A stretch of DNA of 64,000 bases, taken from contig CBDANS010000006.1 of assembly GCA_965197745.1 (NCBI GenBank), forward strand, positions 1,120,001 to 1,184,000, written 5' to 3'. The notes under the pieces were generated by a model. That model did no database searches. It was not told the DNA's origin and saw nothing but the letters and a program-made list of their open reading frames with translations. This DNA is from Opitutales bacterium. Lineage in GTDB: Bacteria; Verrucomicrobiota; Verrucomicrobiia; Opitutales; PNEW01. The translations under genes were made by a program, and so were the position numbers. Shown here in pieces: positions 21,050-31,133 of this stretch (its first letter is position 1; each line of letters opens with the position of its first letter).

Positions 21050-22390
21050 GTGCCTCCAAACATACTTTTCATCCTTACCGATAACCAGCGCGCGGATCTC
21101 CTCAGTTGCGCCGGCAACCCTGTCATCAACACGTCTAACATCAATCGCCTGGCGATGGGCGGGGTACGGTTTAGCAACGCTTTCGCAACCACGCCGATCT
21201 GCGCGGCGAGCCGGGCGAGCTATCTGACAGGAATGTACGAGCGGCGTCATCAGTTCACCTTTCTCACGCCTCCACTTCGAACCGAATTTTCCAACAACAG
21301 CTATCCTGCGCTGCTGAAATCGTCGGGATACAGGACCGGATTCATCGGCAAGTTTGGTGTTGCTGCAAATGGAATCGAGCCATCGCTGGAAGATAAGGGT
21401 GGCATCGACAGAATGTTCGACCACTTTGACAACTACGAACACTGGACGGATGAAGGTTATGAAATTCGACAAGCTGATGGGAATATCAGACACCTCACGG
21501 ACATCACGGGTGACAAGGTTATCGATTTCCTCGACCGCCATATGAGTGAGCGGTCGAATCAACCTTTTTGTCTGTCCGTCAGCTTTAATGCGCCGCATGC
21601 CCAGGACGGGGATCCGCGTCATTATATATGGCCGGGATCTGAAGAAGGGCTCTACACAGACGCTTTCATTCCCGGACCTGCCAATGCGGATCCTTCATCT
21701 TTTGAATCCCTTCCCCGATTCATTCAGGAATCGGAGAGCCGAGTTCGGTGGCATACGCGCTTCGACACGAGTGAAAATTACCAACGCAACATAAAGGGCC
21801 TCTATCGGATGGTCAGCGGTATCGATCGAAATATCGGTAGGATGGTGGAGGTATTAGAGCGCCATTCACAGTCGAGCAACACGGTCATCATCTTCGCGTC
21901 AGATCACGGCATGTATTACGGCGAGCGCGGGTTATCCGATTGCTGGCAGTTGAATGACGAATCGATTCGGATCCCGCTCGTCATTTTCGATCCCAGGAGG
22001 AGCGTTAAACGCTCGGTCAGAAATGAAATGGTATTGAATATCGACGTCGCGCCCACGATCCTGGAGCTGGCAGGATTGACGGTCCCGTCTATCGTCCAGG
22101 GGCGCAGCCTGATTCCGCTGATGGATGATTCCGTTGACGGTTGGCGGACGGAATTCTTTTGCGAGCACCGCTTTGATCGACCGGACATCCCCAAAAGCGA
22201 AGGAGTCCGAACCGAACGGTGGAAGTACATCCGTTATTTTGAACAGAATCCCGTTCACGAAGAACTCTATGATCTCGAGGGGGACCCGCACGAGTCACGA
22301 AATCTCATCGGAGACCCTGATTATTCCGGTCGCATCGGTGAAATGCGCCTAAAATGCGCGGACCTCTCCTTAAAAGCTGGTTCTTCATAA
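21050..22390 (+). CDS. formylglycine-dependent (S1) sulfatase
   Basis: PNILFILTD, CAASRASYLTG (CxAxR variant), GY.TGFIGK, SDHG, EELYDL..DP.E..NL. Confidence 0.92.
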   Translation: MPPNILFILTDNQRADLLSCAGNPVINTSNINRLAMGGVRFSNAFATTPICAASRASYLTGMYERRHQFTFLTPPLRTEFSNNSYPALLKSSGYRTGFIGKFGVAANGIEPSLEDKGGIDRMFDHFDNYEHWTDEGYEIRQADGNIRHLTDITGDKVIDFLDRHMSERSNQPFCLSVSFNAPHAQDGDPRHYIWPGSEEGLYTDAFIPGPANADPSSFESLPRFIQESESRVRWHTRFDTSENYQRNIKGLYRMVSGIDRNIGRMVEVLERHSQSSNTVIIFASDHGMYYGERGLSDCWQLNDESIRIPLVIFDPRRSVKRSVRNEMVLNIDVAPTILELAGLTVPSIVQGRSLIPLMDDSVDGWRTEFFCEHRFDRPDIPKSEGVRTERWKYIRYFEQNPVHEELYDLEGDPHESRNLIGDPDYSGRIGEMRLKCADLSLKAGSS

Positions 22391-22517
22391 TTCAATATGG
22401 GGTAAAGCTCCAGGGCAATTAAGGTTTGAATGATGGGGGTTTAACTATTTAGCTTATCCTGATTCAAATCAATTCTAGTTTATTCGAATAATCCAACTTC
22501 AACGGAGTTAATATCAC

Positions 22518-23318
22518 ATGGCACAAGCGCTAGAACTGATCGCCCCCCCTGACCTTGCCGGCCAGGTATCGGCAATTGAAAACGACGGCTTTGCTTATTT
22601 TCCCAACTACCTGAATACGGATGAAGTCGCTGAACTTCGGGCTTGTATGGATCGGACAGAGATTATCGAGGCCAGCTTTGATAAGCACAGATCGCCTGAA
22701 AATGGGGGTTTTTATGAAAAGACGATCAACAATGCTTTCAACCGCGACCCCATCTTCATGACATTCCTCGATAAGCCGGGCATCATCGAATTCGAAGAAG
22801 CCGTGCATGGAGAGGATTGTCACGTCATTGCGATGACGGCGTGGATGACGGGACCTGGTCGACCCGATCAAAAGATACACACCGATTGGCAACCCATCAA
22901 TCTGCCGGAAGATATTCTCGCTGACTCACGGGTAAAGGTTCCAATTTTCATTACGACTGCGCATTTCTACCTCGACGAAATAACCGAAGAAATAGGGCCG
23001 ACGCAGTTTATTCCCGGAAGTCATCGAGCCGGGCGTAAACCCGACGGGGAAAATACCTGGCAGGGGATTGAGCCGCACAATATTATGTGCCAGGCGGGTG
23101 ATGTGCTGATTTTTCGCAGTGAGGTCTGGCATCGGGGGACGGCGAATACGAGCGATCAAGTCCGACATCTATTGCAGGTCCATTTCGCGCAACGGATGAT
23201 TACCCAGAAATTCCCGCCTTACCTTAACAAATTTCAGTTTGATGAAGCGTTGCTGGCCCAGGCTACACCCCGCCAGCGTCGGTTGCTCGGTGAGCATCGA
23301 CAGAGCAATTATGATTAA
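22518..23318 (+). CDS. PhyH family dioxygenase
   Basis: HTD, GPTQFIPGSH, WHRGTAN...R. Confidence 0.9.
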   Translation: MAQALELIAPPDLAGQVSAIENDGFAYFPNYLNTDEVAELRACMDRTEIIEASFDKHRSPENGGFYEKTINNAFNRDPIFMTFLDKPGIIEFEEAVHGEDCHVIAMTAWMTGPGRPDQKIHTDWQPINLPEDILADSRVKVPIFITTAHFYLDEITEEIGPTQFIPGSHRAGRKPDGENTWQGIEPHNIMCQAGDVLIFRSEVWHRGTANTSDQVRHLLQVHFAQRMITQKFPPYLNKFQFDEALLAQATPRQRRLLGEHRQSNYD

Positions 23319-23324
23319 TCAATC

Positions 23325-24062
23325 ATGATTAAAGCCAGACTTCCCATCCCCGATCGTCTGATTGTTCTGACCTTCGATGACGGGGTTAAATCACAAGCTA
23401 CCTTTGTTGCGCCACTGCTCAAGACCTGCGGGTTCAGGGCGACGTTTTATATCACCGAGGGGCTGAACTTTCTCAAGGATAAGGACTGTTACATGACTTG
23501 GGAAGAGATTCAGGAGATGCACGAAGCAGGGTTCGAAATCGGCAATCATACCCGCCACCACAAAGACGTGAGCACCCAGACGTGCGACGAATTAGTCGCA
23601 GATCTGGCGCACATTGATCACCGTTGCGAGGAACATGGCATTCCCATTCCCCAGACATTTTGTTATCCCGGTTATTCTAACAGTCCCGAAGCAGTAGATG
23701 TCCTTGCAGAAAAGCAATGCCTATTCGCGCGCCGGGGTATGGCACCGGAGTATCCTTATCATAATGAAGGCGGGCGAGGCCCGGCCTATGATCCAAGGCA
23801 ACACTATCCCCTGCTTATCCCAACGACCGGGGCATCAGGTCCCAACTGGACTTACGACGATTTTGTCTGGGCTGTTGAACAAGCCAGGGACGGCAATATC
23901 ACCGTCCTGACTTACCACGGTGTGCCGGATCTGGATCACCCGTGGGTAGATACCGAGCAGGACACGTTTAAAACTTATATGGATTATTTGCACGATCACG
24001 ACTGTACTGTCATTGCCCTCTGCGACCTGGCCCAATATGTAGACCCACTGGCACAGGCATGA
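23325..24062 (+). CDS. polysaccharide deacetylase (CE4/NodB-like) family protein
   Basis: LTFDDG, EIGNHT.HH, FCYPG, LTYHG. Confidence 0.88.
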   Translation: MIKARLPIPDRLIVLTFDDGVKSQATFVAPLLKTCGFRATFYITEGLNFLKDKDCYMTWEEIQEMHEAGFEIGNHTRHHKDVSTQTCDELVADLAHIDHRCEEHGIPIPQTFCYPGYSNSPEAVDVLAEKQCLFARRGMAPEYPYHNEGGRGPAYDPRQHYPLLIPTTGASGPNWTYDDFVWAVEQARDGNITVLTYHGVPDLDHPWVDTEQDTFKTYMDYLHDHDCTVIALCDLAQYVDPLAQA

Positions 24063-24153
24063 AGTCAGAAAAATGTTATTGAAATGAGACCTGTCCCCTA
24101 CAGGCTACCGATGATTTCAGATTTTAATAACACGCAAACGAGGTAACTGAACG

Positions 24154-25281
24154 ATGAACATTAAAGAGATTAAGGCCTTTCCCCTGGCTTATCCGGAGCC
24201 CCATTACAAGGGCATTGAGCGTTATATCACCCTGGCCCGCGTTGAGACGGAAGATGGCCTCGTTGGTTGGGGCGAGTGTATTTCACAGTTTCGCGAGGCA
24301 GCGCTGGCGACAAAAACAATCATTGAACAAGGATTTGCTCCCTTGCTTGTCGGGGAAAATATCCTGGATGGCGAACGGCTCTGGCACATCATGGAAGACC
24401 GTATCTGGTGGTATGGTCCTGAAGGGATTGCCGCCTTTGCCGTGAGCGCCGTCGATATGGCTTTGTGGGATGTGAAAGGAAAAGCACTCGGCCAACCGGT
24501 CTGCCAGCTCCTGGGCGGAAAATTACACGACAGGGTTATTGCCATGGCGTCCTTCATTTTTGATATGGAAGACTTTGACTGGACTTTAAACGAGTTTCTC
24601 TGGTTATGTGAGCAAGGCTATCATATGGTGAAAGCCGGCTGGGGCATGCACCGCCAGGCTCTTTTTGGGCAGGATCGAAAAGCGGACATCGACATTGTCC
24701 GTCAAGTGCGTGAAGCTATCGGAGAGGAACCTGAACTCATTGTTGACACCCCCGGTATCTATAAACTGTGGGATGTGCCGACCGCCATCCAGCGCTTCCG
24801 TGATCTGGAGCCCTACCGTCTCCGCTGGATAGAACAGCCCTTGTTTCCCAGCGATCTTGAAGGGCACGCCTGGCTCCGCGCCGCGGTCTCAACCGCTATC
24901 GGCACGGGCGAAGACGAATGGGATTTGGAGAGTTATAAGCGGTTGATCGATTCGAGCGGGGTGGATGTGATACAAATAGACCCCGGTCGCGTGCATGGCA
25001 TCACCGGTAGTTATCAAGTGATAAAATTGATTGAAGCGGCCAACCTTGAAGTCAGCGCCCATACCTGGAGCGGCGCTCTCAACACCGCGGCCAGCTTGCA
25101 CCTTCTCGCCAACACAACCCATGGCGTGAGTATGGATTTTAAACCTCACGAATCACCGATGCAGCATGAACTGGTCAGTGATCCCTGGGTCCAGGAAGAG
25201 GGTTACCTGGTGGTACGTGACGCGCCCGGACTGGGTGTTGAAGTGCGAGAAGAGATAGTTCAAAAGTATCTGTTCAGCTGA
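24154..25281 (+). CDS. mandelate racemase/muconate lactonizing enzyme family protein
   Basis: G.VGWGE, SAVDMALWD.KGKALG.PV..LLGG, WIEQP, GE, APGLGVE. Confidence 0.9.
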   Translation: MNIKEIKAFPLAYPEPHYKGIERYITLARVETEDGLVGWGECISQFREAALATKTIIEQGFAPLLVGENILDGERLWHIMEDRIWWYGPEGIAAFAVSAVDMALWDVKGKALGQPVCQLLGGKLHDRVIAMASFIFDMEDFDWTLNEFLWLCEQGYHMVKAGWGMHRQALFGQDRKADIDIVRQVREAIGEEPELIVDTPGIYKLWDVPTAIQRFRDLEPYRLRWIEQPLFPSDLEGHAWLRAAVSTAIGTGEDEWDLESYKRLIDSSGVDVIQIDPGRVHGITGSYQVIKLIEAANLEVSAHTWSGALNTAASLHLLANTTHGVSMDFKPHESPMQHELVSDPWVQEEGYLVVRDAPGLGVEVREEIVQKYLFS

Positions 25282-25481
25282 TCGCAGCTTTCGCTTCTAT
25301 TCCTCTTGGGATTTTATTTTTTACAACCTTGTTCAAGGGGCGCGTAAATCAGCATTTTTGTAATATGGGGTTCAAAGAGTGAATTACATCACCCTTGCCT
25401 AATAGTAACATCTCATTTCACATTGGGGAATTATCCGATGTGAACGTCCCGGTAATTGTATGGTGATGGAGTATCTAAGCT

Positions 25482-26294
25482 ATGGATTTAGAAAGTATAA
25501 TCAGGTCGCGAGATAATATCCTTAAAAAAGCGATTGCCTGGTTTAAATTGAATACCGCGACCAAAGGTATTTTTCTCGCAGGTTCTTTGGCCACCGACGA
25601 GTCAGATGCCTACTCCGATATTGATTTGATAGTTGTCGTTACCGATAGTGAATTGAACCGCTATGTCGAAAATCGATTAGAGGCTCCCCAGCGATGGGGA
25701 GACCTTCTCCTTAATGAATGGTGGCCCCGCGCCCACCACTGTGTTTCGCATTTCAAACCTTTTATTAAGATGGATGTGTTCTATTACGGGGTCGCGGAAA
25801 TTAAACCCTCGCCCTGGTACGCTCTACCCATCCGGGTTGCTTATGATCCTGAAGGGATTGTTGAAAAAATAATCGATCAATCCGTGTCTTTGTCTTTTGA
25901 GATAGATGAAGGGGAAATGGATCGTTTGATAAGTAGAGGCATTGCTTGCGCTCATGAATCTTACAGACGATTAAAACGTTCAGAACTTTTTTATGCTAAA
26001 AATTTAATGGATAGTCTGCGAAGTTGCATAATCCTCCTGGACGATGCCATACACGGGCGAAATACAATTTCTTCACCTTTCTCCAAATACGAACGAAGAG
26101 GTGAAGAGAGAGACCAACAGAAGTTAACGGCGTCTTATGGGAAACTGGATCAAAAACTGATGTTTGATAACCTGGGGTTATTAATAGATTTATTCTGTGT
26201 GAAAATGGAAGCAGCCCATAAGCAATTTTCAATGAACCGAAATATTGACAATGATCGCTATGCCTTGGCGATCATTCAGAATGATAAAAATTAA
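25482..26294 (+). CDS. Pol-beta-type nucleotidyltransferase (aminoglycoside/lincosamide NTase-like architecture)
   Basis: GSLA...SD.YSDIDL motif followed by a helical C-terminal domain. Confidence 0.75.
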   Translation: MDLESIIRSRDNILKKAIAWFKLNTATKGIFLAGSLATDESDAYSDIDLIVVVTDSELNRYVENRLEAPQRWGDLLLNEWWPRAHHCVSHFKPFIKMDVFYYGVAEIKPSPWYALPIRVAYDPEGIVEKIIDQSVSLSFEIDEGEMDRLISRGIACAHESYRRLKRSELFYAKNLMDSLRSCIILLDDAIHGRNTISSPFSKYERRGEERDQQKLTASYGKLDQKLMFDNLGLLIDLFCVKMEAAHKQFSMNRNIDNDRYALAIIQNDKN

Positions 26295-26365
26295 TACAAT
26301 CGAACACTGAGTGTATCCTTTTCAAGATTCTAACATAGTTTCAGAAGTATTTTTGAATATAGAAA

Positions 26366-27232
26366 ATGAATAAAGAGGTCAAAGATCGTCTGGAGGTTGC
26401 TGAAGGCATTTTACTTACATACGAAAAATATTCAAATGCTCTCGCGGGGTTTGTATTCGGCTCTGTTGGATATGGATTTGCTGATAAATATTCGGATCTG
26501 GAAATCGGGATTATATGGAAGGAAATTCCTCAGGAGGATGAGTTAAAAGAAATATGTTTAAAAATTAAGGGAACTTCCTGGGTATATGAAGGATTGCACG
26601 AACAAAAGCTTTCAACCGGCGATGCCTACCGGGTTGATGGCCTGAAAGTAGAACCGGCGCACTGGTCAAGTGAAACCCTGGAGTCCATCATAAAAGAAGT
26701 AGTTGTTGATTGTAACTCCATGAAAAATGGGTGGCTATACGAACGGCAGGCAACGCTGGCCATGCTCCAAAGGGGGAAGGTGGTTTTTGGAGTGAAGGTG
26801 TTAAGCGAACTTAGAGTGAAAATTATTGAATACCCGGCCAGGCTTTCTGAAAAAATGGTCGAAATTAATATCGAGACTGGAAACCTTCAGATATTAAAGA
26901 TGCTGGCGGAAAGAGAAGAAACGCCTCTACTTCAATTTAATTTAGTTAACGGAATAAATAGATTTTATGCACTGATATACGGATTAAATAAAATCTACCA
27001 CCCAAGTTTTAAATGGAATCACTATTTTTTGTCCGAATGCCCGTTAAAACCAGAGAATTTCACCCAACGGATTAATAAGCTTTTTCAAAGCGATTTAATA
27101 GAGGCTGTAGCTGTTTATCAAAGTATTGTAGAGGACCTTTTCCTCCTGGTGGAAAATCATATGCCTCAGGTAAATGTAAATCAAAATAGAGAACAGTTTT
27201 TTAAAGAAGATCTTGTTTGGAGAAAAACGTAG
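26366..27232 (+). CDS. nucleotidyltransferase with DUF4037-like C-terminus
   Basis: GSVGYGFADKYSDLE, YP..L, LN..YHP..KW. Confidence 0.75.
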   Translation: MNKEVKDRLEVAEGILLTYEKYSNALAGFVFGSVGYGFADKYSDLEIGIIWKEIPQEDELKEICLKIKGTSWVYEGLHEQKLSTGDAYRVDGLKVEPAHWSSETLESIIKEVVVDCNSMKNGWLYERQATLAMLQRGKVVFGVKVLSELRVKIIEYPARLSEKMVEINIETGNLQILKMLAEREETPLLQFNLVNGINRFYALIYGLNKIYHPSFKWNHYFLSECPLKPENFTQRINKLFQSDLIEAVAVYQSIVEDLFLLVENHMPQVNVNQNREQFFKEDLVWRKT

Positions 27233-27360
27233 TAAATTCAAAATGGAGAGGTGCAAAGTAAGGATCGAACAGAAATTGTGTGTTGTATGAAGGCCGGATG
27301 TATATGGCAGCTATGGATAGTTGCATACAAAAATGATTTTAATTAGGGATATTCGTAATA

Positions 27361-27735
27361 GTGATGAAGCTCGACCATATCCAGTTAGCAATGCCTCCTG
27401 GCGAAGAAGCCAAAGCCAGGGAATATTTTACGGGAGTTCTCGGAATGGAAGAAGAAGAGAAACCGGAACCGTTAGCATCAAGAGGCGGCTGCTGGTTTAG
27501 GTCGGGTTCAGTGATTCTGCATCTTGGGGTAGAGAGAGATTTTTCACCCCAGAGGAAGGCGCATCCCGCATTTTCTATTTCTGATTTAAATGCCTTGGAA
27601 AAGAAATTGAAAGAAAAGAACTATGAAGTAATTTGGGACGATGATTTACCTGGGCGAAAACGATTTTATTCTACCGATCCCTTTGGAAATAGGATTGAGT
27701 TTATGCAAGAGGGCGACGGTTTCAGTGAAAAGTAA
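27361..27735 (+). CDS. VOC/glyoxalase family protein
   Basis: LDHIQLAMPPGEE.KAR, LHLGVE, KAHPAF, DPFGNRIE. Confidence 0.9.
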   Translation: MMKLDHIQLAMPPGEEAKAREYFTGVLGMEEEEKPEPLASRGGCWFRSGSVILHLGVERDFSPQRKAHPAFSISDLNALEKKLKEKNYEVIWDDDLPGRKRFYSTDPFGNRIEFMQEGDGFSEK

Positions 27736-27750
27736 AGGTGAGATAGAGAA

Positions 27751-28269
27751 ATGAAAGTGGAATTAAACGAGGCCAAAGAGGAAGACCTGCCGGTTGTTTT
27801 GAATCTCATTACGTACTATGTTTATGATATGTCGAAATCGACAGGGTGGGACTGCAACCCTCGGGGAATCTACGGTGGTTGCGACGATGCGCGAGAATAC
27901 TGGCAATCCAATCATCCCGATACTTCCCCTGAAATGAGATGGGCAAAGGGTCGAAAAGGGCATCCGTTTATGATTTCTGTTGATGGCAGGATTGCCGGGT
28001 TTGTCTTACTTCAAGAGCTATGTGATGAAGGAAAAACACTATTCGATGTTGGGGAGTTTTTTGTCGCTGGGAAATTCCAAAGAAAAGGAGTCGGAAAGTA
28101 TATTGCGCACACCCTCTTCAGACGATTTCGAGGTGACTGGAGAATTCGTCAGATCCCGGAAAACACACCCGCAATAAAATTCTGGGAACAGGTAATTGGC
28201 GAGTTCACCAATGGGAATTTTAAAATGAATAAAACAGAAGATACCGTTTTCCAGACTTTTAAAACTTAA
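27751..28269 (+). CDS. GNAT family N-acetyltransferase
   Basis: EFFV..KFQRKGVG motif A, N.PA.KFW. Confidence 0.85.
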   Translation: MKVELNEAKEEDLPVVLNLITYYVYDMSKSTGWDCNPRGIYGGCDDAREYWQSNHPDTSPEMRWAKGRKGHPFMISVDGRIAGFVLLQELCDEGKTLFDVGEFFVAGKFQRKGVGKYIAHTLFRRFRGDWRIRQIPENTPAIKFWEQVIGEFTNGNFKMNKTEDTVFQTFKT

Positions 28270-28343
28270 GCAATATTCACCCTGTGTTACAATACAACAC
28301 AGGCTACCGTTACCGCGTATCAATACTGCCGCTCGGAATAAAT

Positions 28344-28880
28344 ATGAATAAGAAAGAATTAGCTAAAGTAATCTATGAGACTTCTAATATAAAAGGAAAA
28401 TTTCGTCTTAGATCCGGTGCGTTCAGCAATGAATATTTTGATAAATATTTATTCGAAGCTCAACCAGTTATTCTGAAAGCCATTGCTGAGTCAATGGCTC
28501 CCATGATTCCAGATGGAACTGAGGTCCTTGCGGGACTGGAAATGGGAGGGATTCCCTTAGTCACGATGCTTTCTCAGATAACTGAAATCCCTGCATTGTT
28601 TGTGAGAAAAAAGGCAAAAGATTATGGAACCTGTAAGCTTGCGGAGGGAGGGGAAGTAAAGGGAAAGAAAATGGTTATCATTGAAGATGTTGTTACTTCA
28701 GGAGGTCAGATAAATCTATCAGCGAAAGATCTTCGCAAAGAGGGGGCATTAATTGATACCGTTCTTTGTGTTATCGATCGCGAATCCGGAGGATTAGAGA
28801 ATTTAGAAAAAGAAGGGTTAGAACTAAGAGCACTTTTTACTAAGTCTGAATTGGTTGAGCATGCAGAAGAGTTTAGATAA
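28344..28880 (+). CDS. pyrE: orotate phosphoribosyltransferase (short form)
   Basis: F.LRSG..S..YFDKY, VRKKAKDYGT, IIEDVVTSGG PRPP-binding loop. Confidence 0.8.
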   Translation: MNKKELAKVIYETSNIKGKFRLRSGAFSNEYFDKYLFEAQPVILKAIAESMAPMIPDGTEVLAGLEMGGIPLVTMLSQITEIPALFVRKKAKDYGTCKLAEGGEVKGKKMVIIEDVVTSGGQINLSAKDLRKEGALIDTVLCVIDRESGGLENLEKEGLELRALFTKSELVEHAEEFR

Positions 28881-28902
28881 TTACCTGTAAATTATCGTAA
28901 AT

Positions 28903-29628
28903 ATGAAACGAAATTTAAACTCACTAAATCAACCAATCAGCTTTTCTGTTCCTGACTGGAAACCACCCAATACGCCGGCACGTGAGCCGGTGGAGGGACA
29001 ATATTGTCGTTTAGAGCCACTTGATCCGGACCGTCACGCAGCTGTACTCTACACAGCAAATACCCTGGATATTGAGGGGAGAATCTGGACTTATATGCCC
29101 TATGGCCCTTTCGAGACACTGGAAATCTATATTGATTGGATGAACCGAACATGTTGTGGCAGTGATCCTTCTTTCTTTACAATCATTGATAAAACAACGG
29201 GAGAAGCCGTTGGTGTAGCAAGCTATCTAAATATAAAACCAGGTAACGGAACGATTGAGGTTGGTCATCTCATCTACTCACCCCAATTACAGCGAACAAC
29301 AGCAGCCACTGAGGTAATGTATTTAATGATGCAAAAAGTATTTGACCTCGGGTATCGACGTTACGAATGGAAATGTAATGCGCTCAATGCAAACTCGCGT
29401 AGCGCGGCGCAGCGTCTCGGGTTTTCGTTCGAGGGGATTTTTCGCCAGGCAACGATCTCCAAGGGTCGCAATCGGGATACAGCCTGGTACTCAATAATCG
29501 ACAGGGAGTGGCCTGTTCTGCGAGATGCTTTTAAGCGTTGGCTCAATCCGTCAAACTTTGATAAAGACGGCAGACAGAGAACACGGCTATCTGAATTGAC
29601 GGATCCGATAATCAAACAGAGTGGTTAA
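28903..29628 (+). CDS. RimJ/RimL-type GNAT acetyltransferase
   Basis: IEVGH..YSP.LQRT, GYRRYEWKCNALN, RLGFSFEG.FRQ...KGRNRDTAWYS. Confidence 0.9.
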   Translation: MKRNLNSLNQPISFSVPDWKPPNTPAREPVEGQYCRLEPLDPDRHAAVLYTANTLDIEGRIWTYMPYGPFETLEIYIDWMNRTCCGSDPSFFTIIDKTTGEAVGVASYLNIKPGNGTIEVGHLIYSPQLQRTTAATEVMYLMMQKVFDLGYRRYEWKCNALNANSRSAAQRLGFSFEGIFRQATISKGRNRDTAWYSIIDREWPVLRDAFKRWLNPSNFDKDGRQRTRLSELTDPIIKQSG

Positions 29629-29681
29629 ATAGATAGAGAGTATTATTCACTCATTATTGCCTTTATACGATATTGAAATCT

Positions 29682-30346
29682 ATGGGTTTTAAACTAAACA
29701 ATGTGGTCCCCTGGAAGAGTATTCGAGGATGTTTTCGCTCAACGAGGAAGACTTCAGCAAATGGATTCTCGGTTGTGGCGACGGCCCATCAAGTTTCAAT
29801 GTCGAGTGTCACAATCGAGGTGTTAAGGTCACTTCGGTTGATCCAATTTACACGTTCAGCAGGAGCGAGCTTGAGCGACGGTTTAAAGAAGTGAGGGAGG
29901 AGATTCTCAAGCAGACACGGGCTAATCTGCATCAATTTATATGGAATCATTTTGCTTCAATTGAGGATTTAGATCGGGCCCGGGTTGGTTCGATGGAACT
30001 GTTTCTGGATGATTTCGAATCGGGTCTCCGTGATGCACGTTATATAACGGGCAGTCTGCCCGAACTTCCTTTTGAAGATGGAGCTTTTGATTTATGCCTG
30101 GTTTCCCATTTTCTCTTTCTCTATAGTGAGCAACTTGACCTGGCATTCCATAGGCAGTCTATCGAGGAAATGATGCGCGTATCAAAAGAATTGCGAATAT
30201 TTCCCCTTCAACAGTTAGGCGCCACGCCGTCGCCGCATCTCGACGCTGTGGTCAAGATGCTTGAAGCGCGGTACCGCATGACAATTGTCGATGTTGATTA
30301 CGAGTTTCAGCGAGGATCGAACAAAATGTTAGTGATAAAAGTTTAA
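29682..30346 (+). pseudogene. SAM-dependent methyltransferase with an N-terminal out-of-frame deletion
   Basis: The start MGFKLNNVVPW is out of frame with EEYSRMFSL...ILGCGDGPSSF...LPELPF.D..FDL.L.SHFLFLYS. Confidence 0.75.
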
Positions 30347-30410
30347 AAAGTAGTGCTGAGAACTTTACCAGCGCGCTTTGACTGAATTAATAATTATTCA
30401 AGAAATACCG

Positions 30411-30998
30411 ATGGATGATAAACAAATTTTATCCGTTCCGGACCTCGTTCGCGTAATTGAAAAAGAAACCCGGGATTTGAGATTTAAAATGGCATCTGAT
30501 TATCAAACGGGAAGTTTGCTGAGAAACCTTGCCTCAACAAAACCATCGGGAAAACTTTTAGAATTGGGTACAGGAACGGGTCTATCAACCTGCTGGCTTC
30601 TGGAAGGGATGGATAGCAAGGCAACGCTGATTACGGTCGATAATGATCCGAAAGTTGTCGAAGTGGCAAAACGGAATCTGTCTAAAGATACTCGAGTGAG
30701 TTTTAAGGTGATGGATGGTTCAGAATTACTAAAAGAGTTATCAGGGGAAAAGTTTGATTTAATTTTTGCCGATACCTGGCCCGGAAAGTACTGGGACTTC
30801 GAGAAAGCCATCGAACTATTGGATGAAGGAGGGATCTATGTTATTGATGATATGCTCCCTCAAAACAATTGGCCTCAAGATCATCCACCGAAAGTAGAAA
30901 ATTTAATTAATGAATTAGAACAGAGAAAGGATCTTGTGATTACCATGTTGAATTGGTCCACAGGGATAATCCTCGTAACCCGGAAACCGACTGCCTGA
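30411..30998 (+). CDS. class I SAM-dependent (O-)methyltransferase
   Basis: LELGTGTGLS, FDLIFADTWPGK, GG.YVIDD. Confidence 0.88.
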   Translation: MDDKQILSVPDLVRVIEKETRDLRFKMASDYQTGSLLRNLASTKPSGKLLELGTGTGLSTCWLLEGMDSKATLITVDNDPKVVEVAKRNLSKDTRVSFKVMDGSELLKELSGEKFDLIFADTWPGKYWDFEKAIELLDEGGIYVIDDMLPQNNWPQDHPPKVENLINELEQRKDLVITMLNWSTGIILVTRKPTA

Positions 30999-31022
30999 TA
31001 AAAGATAATCGCTGACGGGATC

Positions 31023-31118
31023 TTACCGGTGAATCTTTATCTGAAGACCGGTTTCAATAAGTCGCGGCACCAGGTAGGTGCCTACATGGCCTGTTCCGCC
31101 GATGATTACTACTTTCAA
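31023..31118 (-). pseudogene. truncated NAD-dependent epimerase/dehydratase N-terminus
   Basis: LKVVIIGGTGHVGTYLVPRLIETG Rossmann start, followed by a stop. Confidence 0.65.
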
Positions 31119-31133
31119 TTTATATTTTTACTC

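Noticed and set aside
1..25281. Secondary-metabolite biosynthetic cluster
   Set aside because: There is no scaffold enzyme (NRPS, PKS, RiPP precursor/maturase, terpene synthase). The genes are scattered on both strands and look catabolic.
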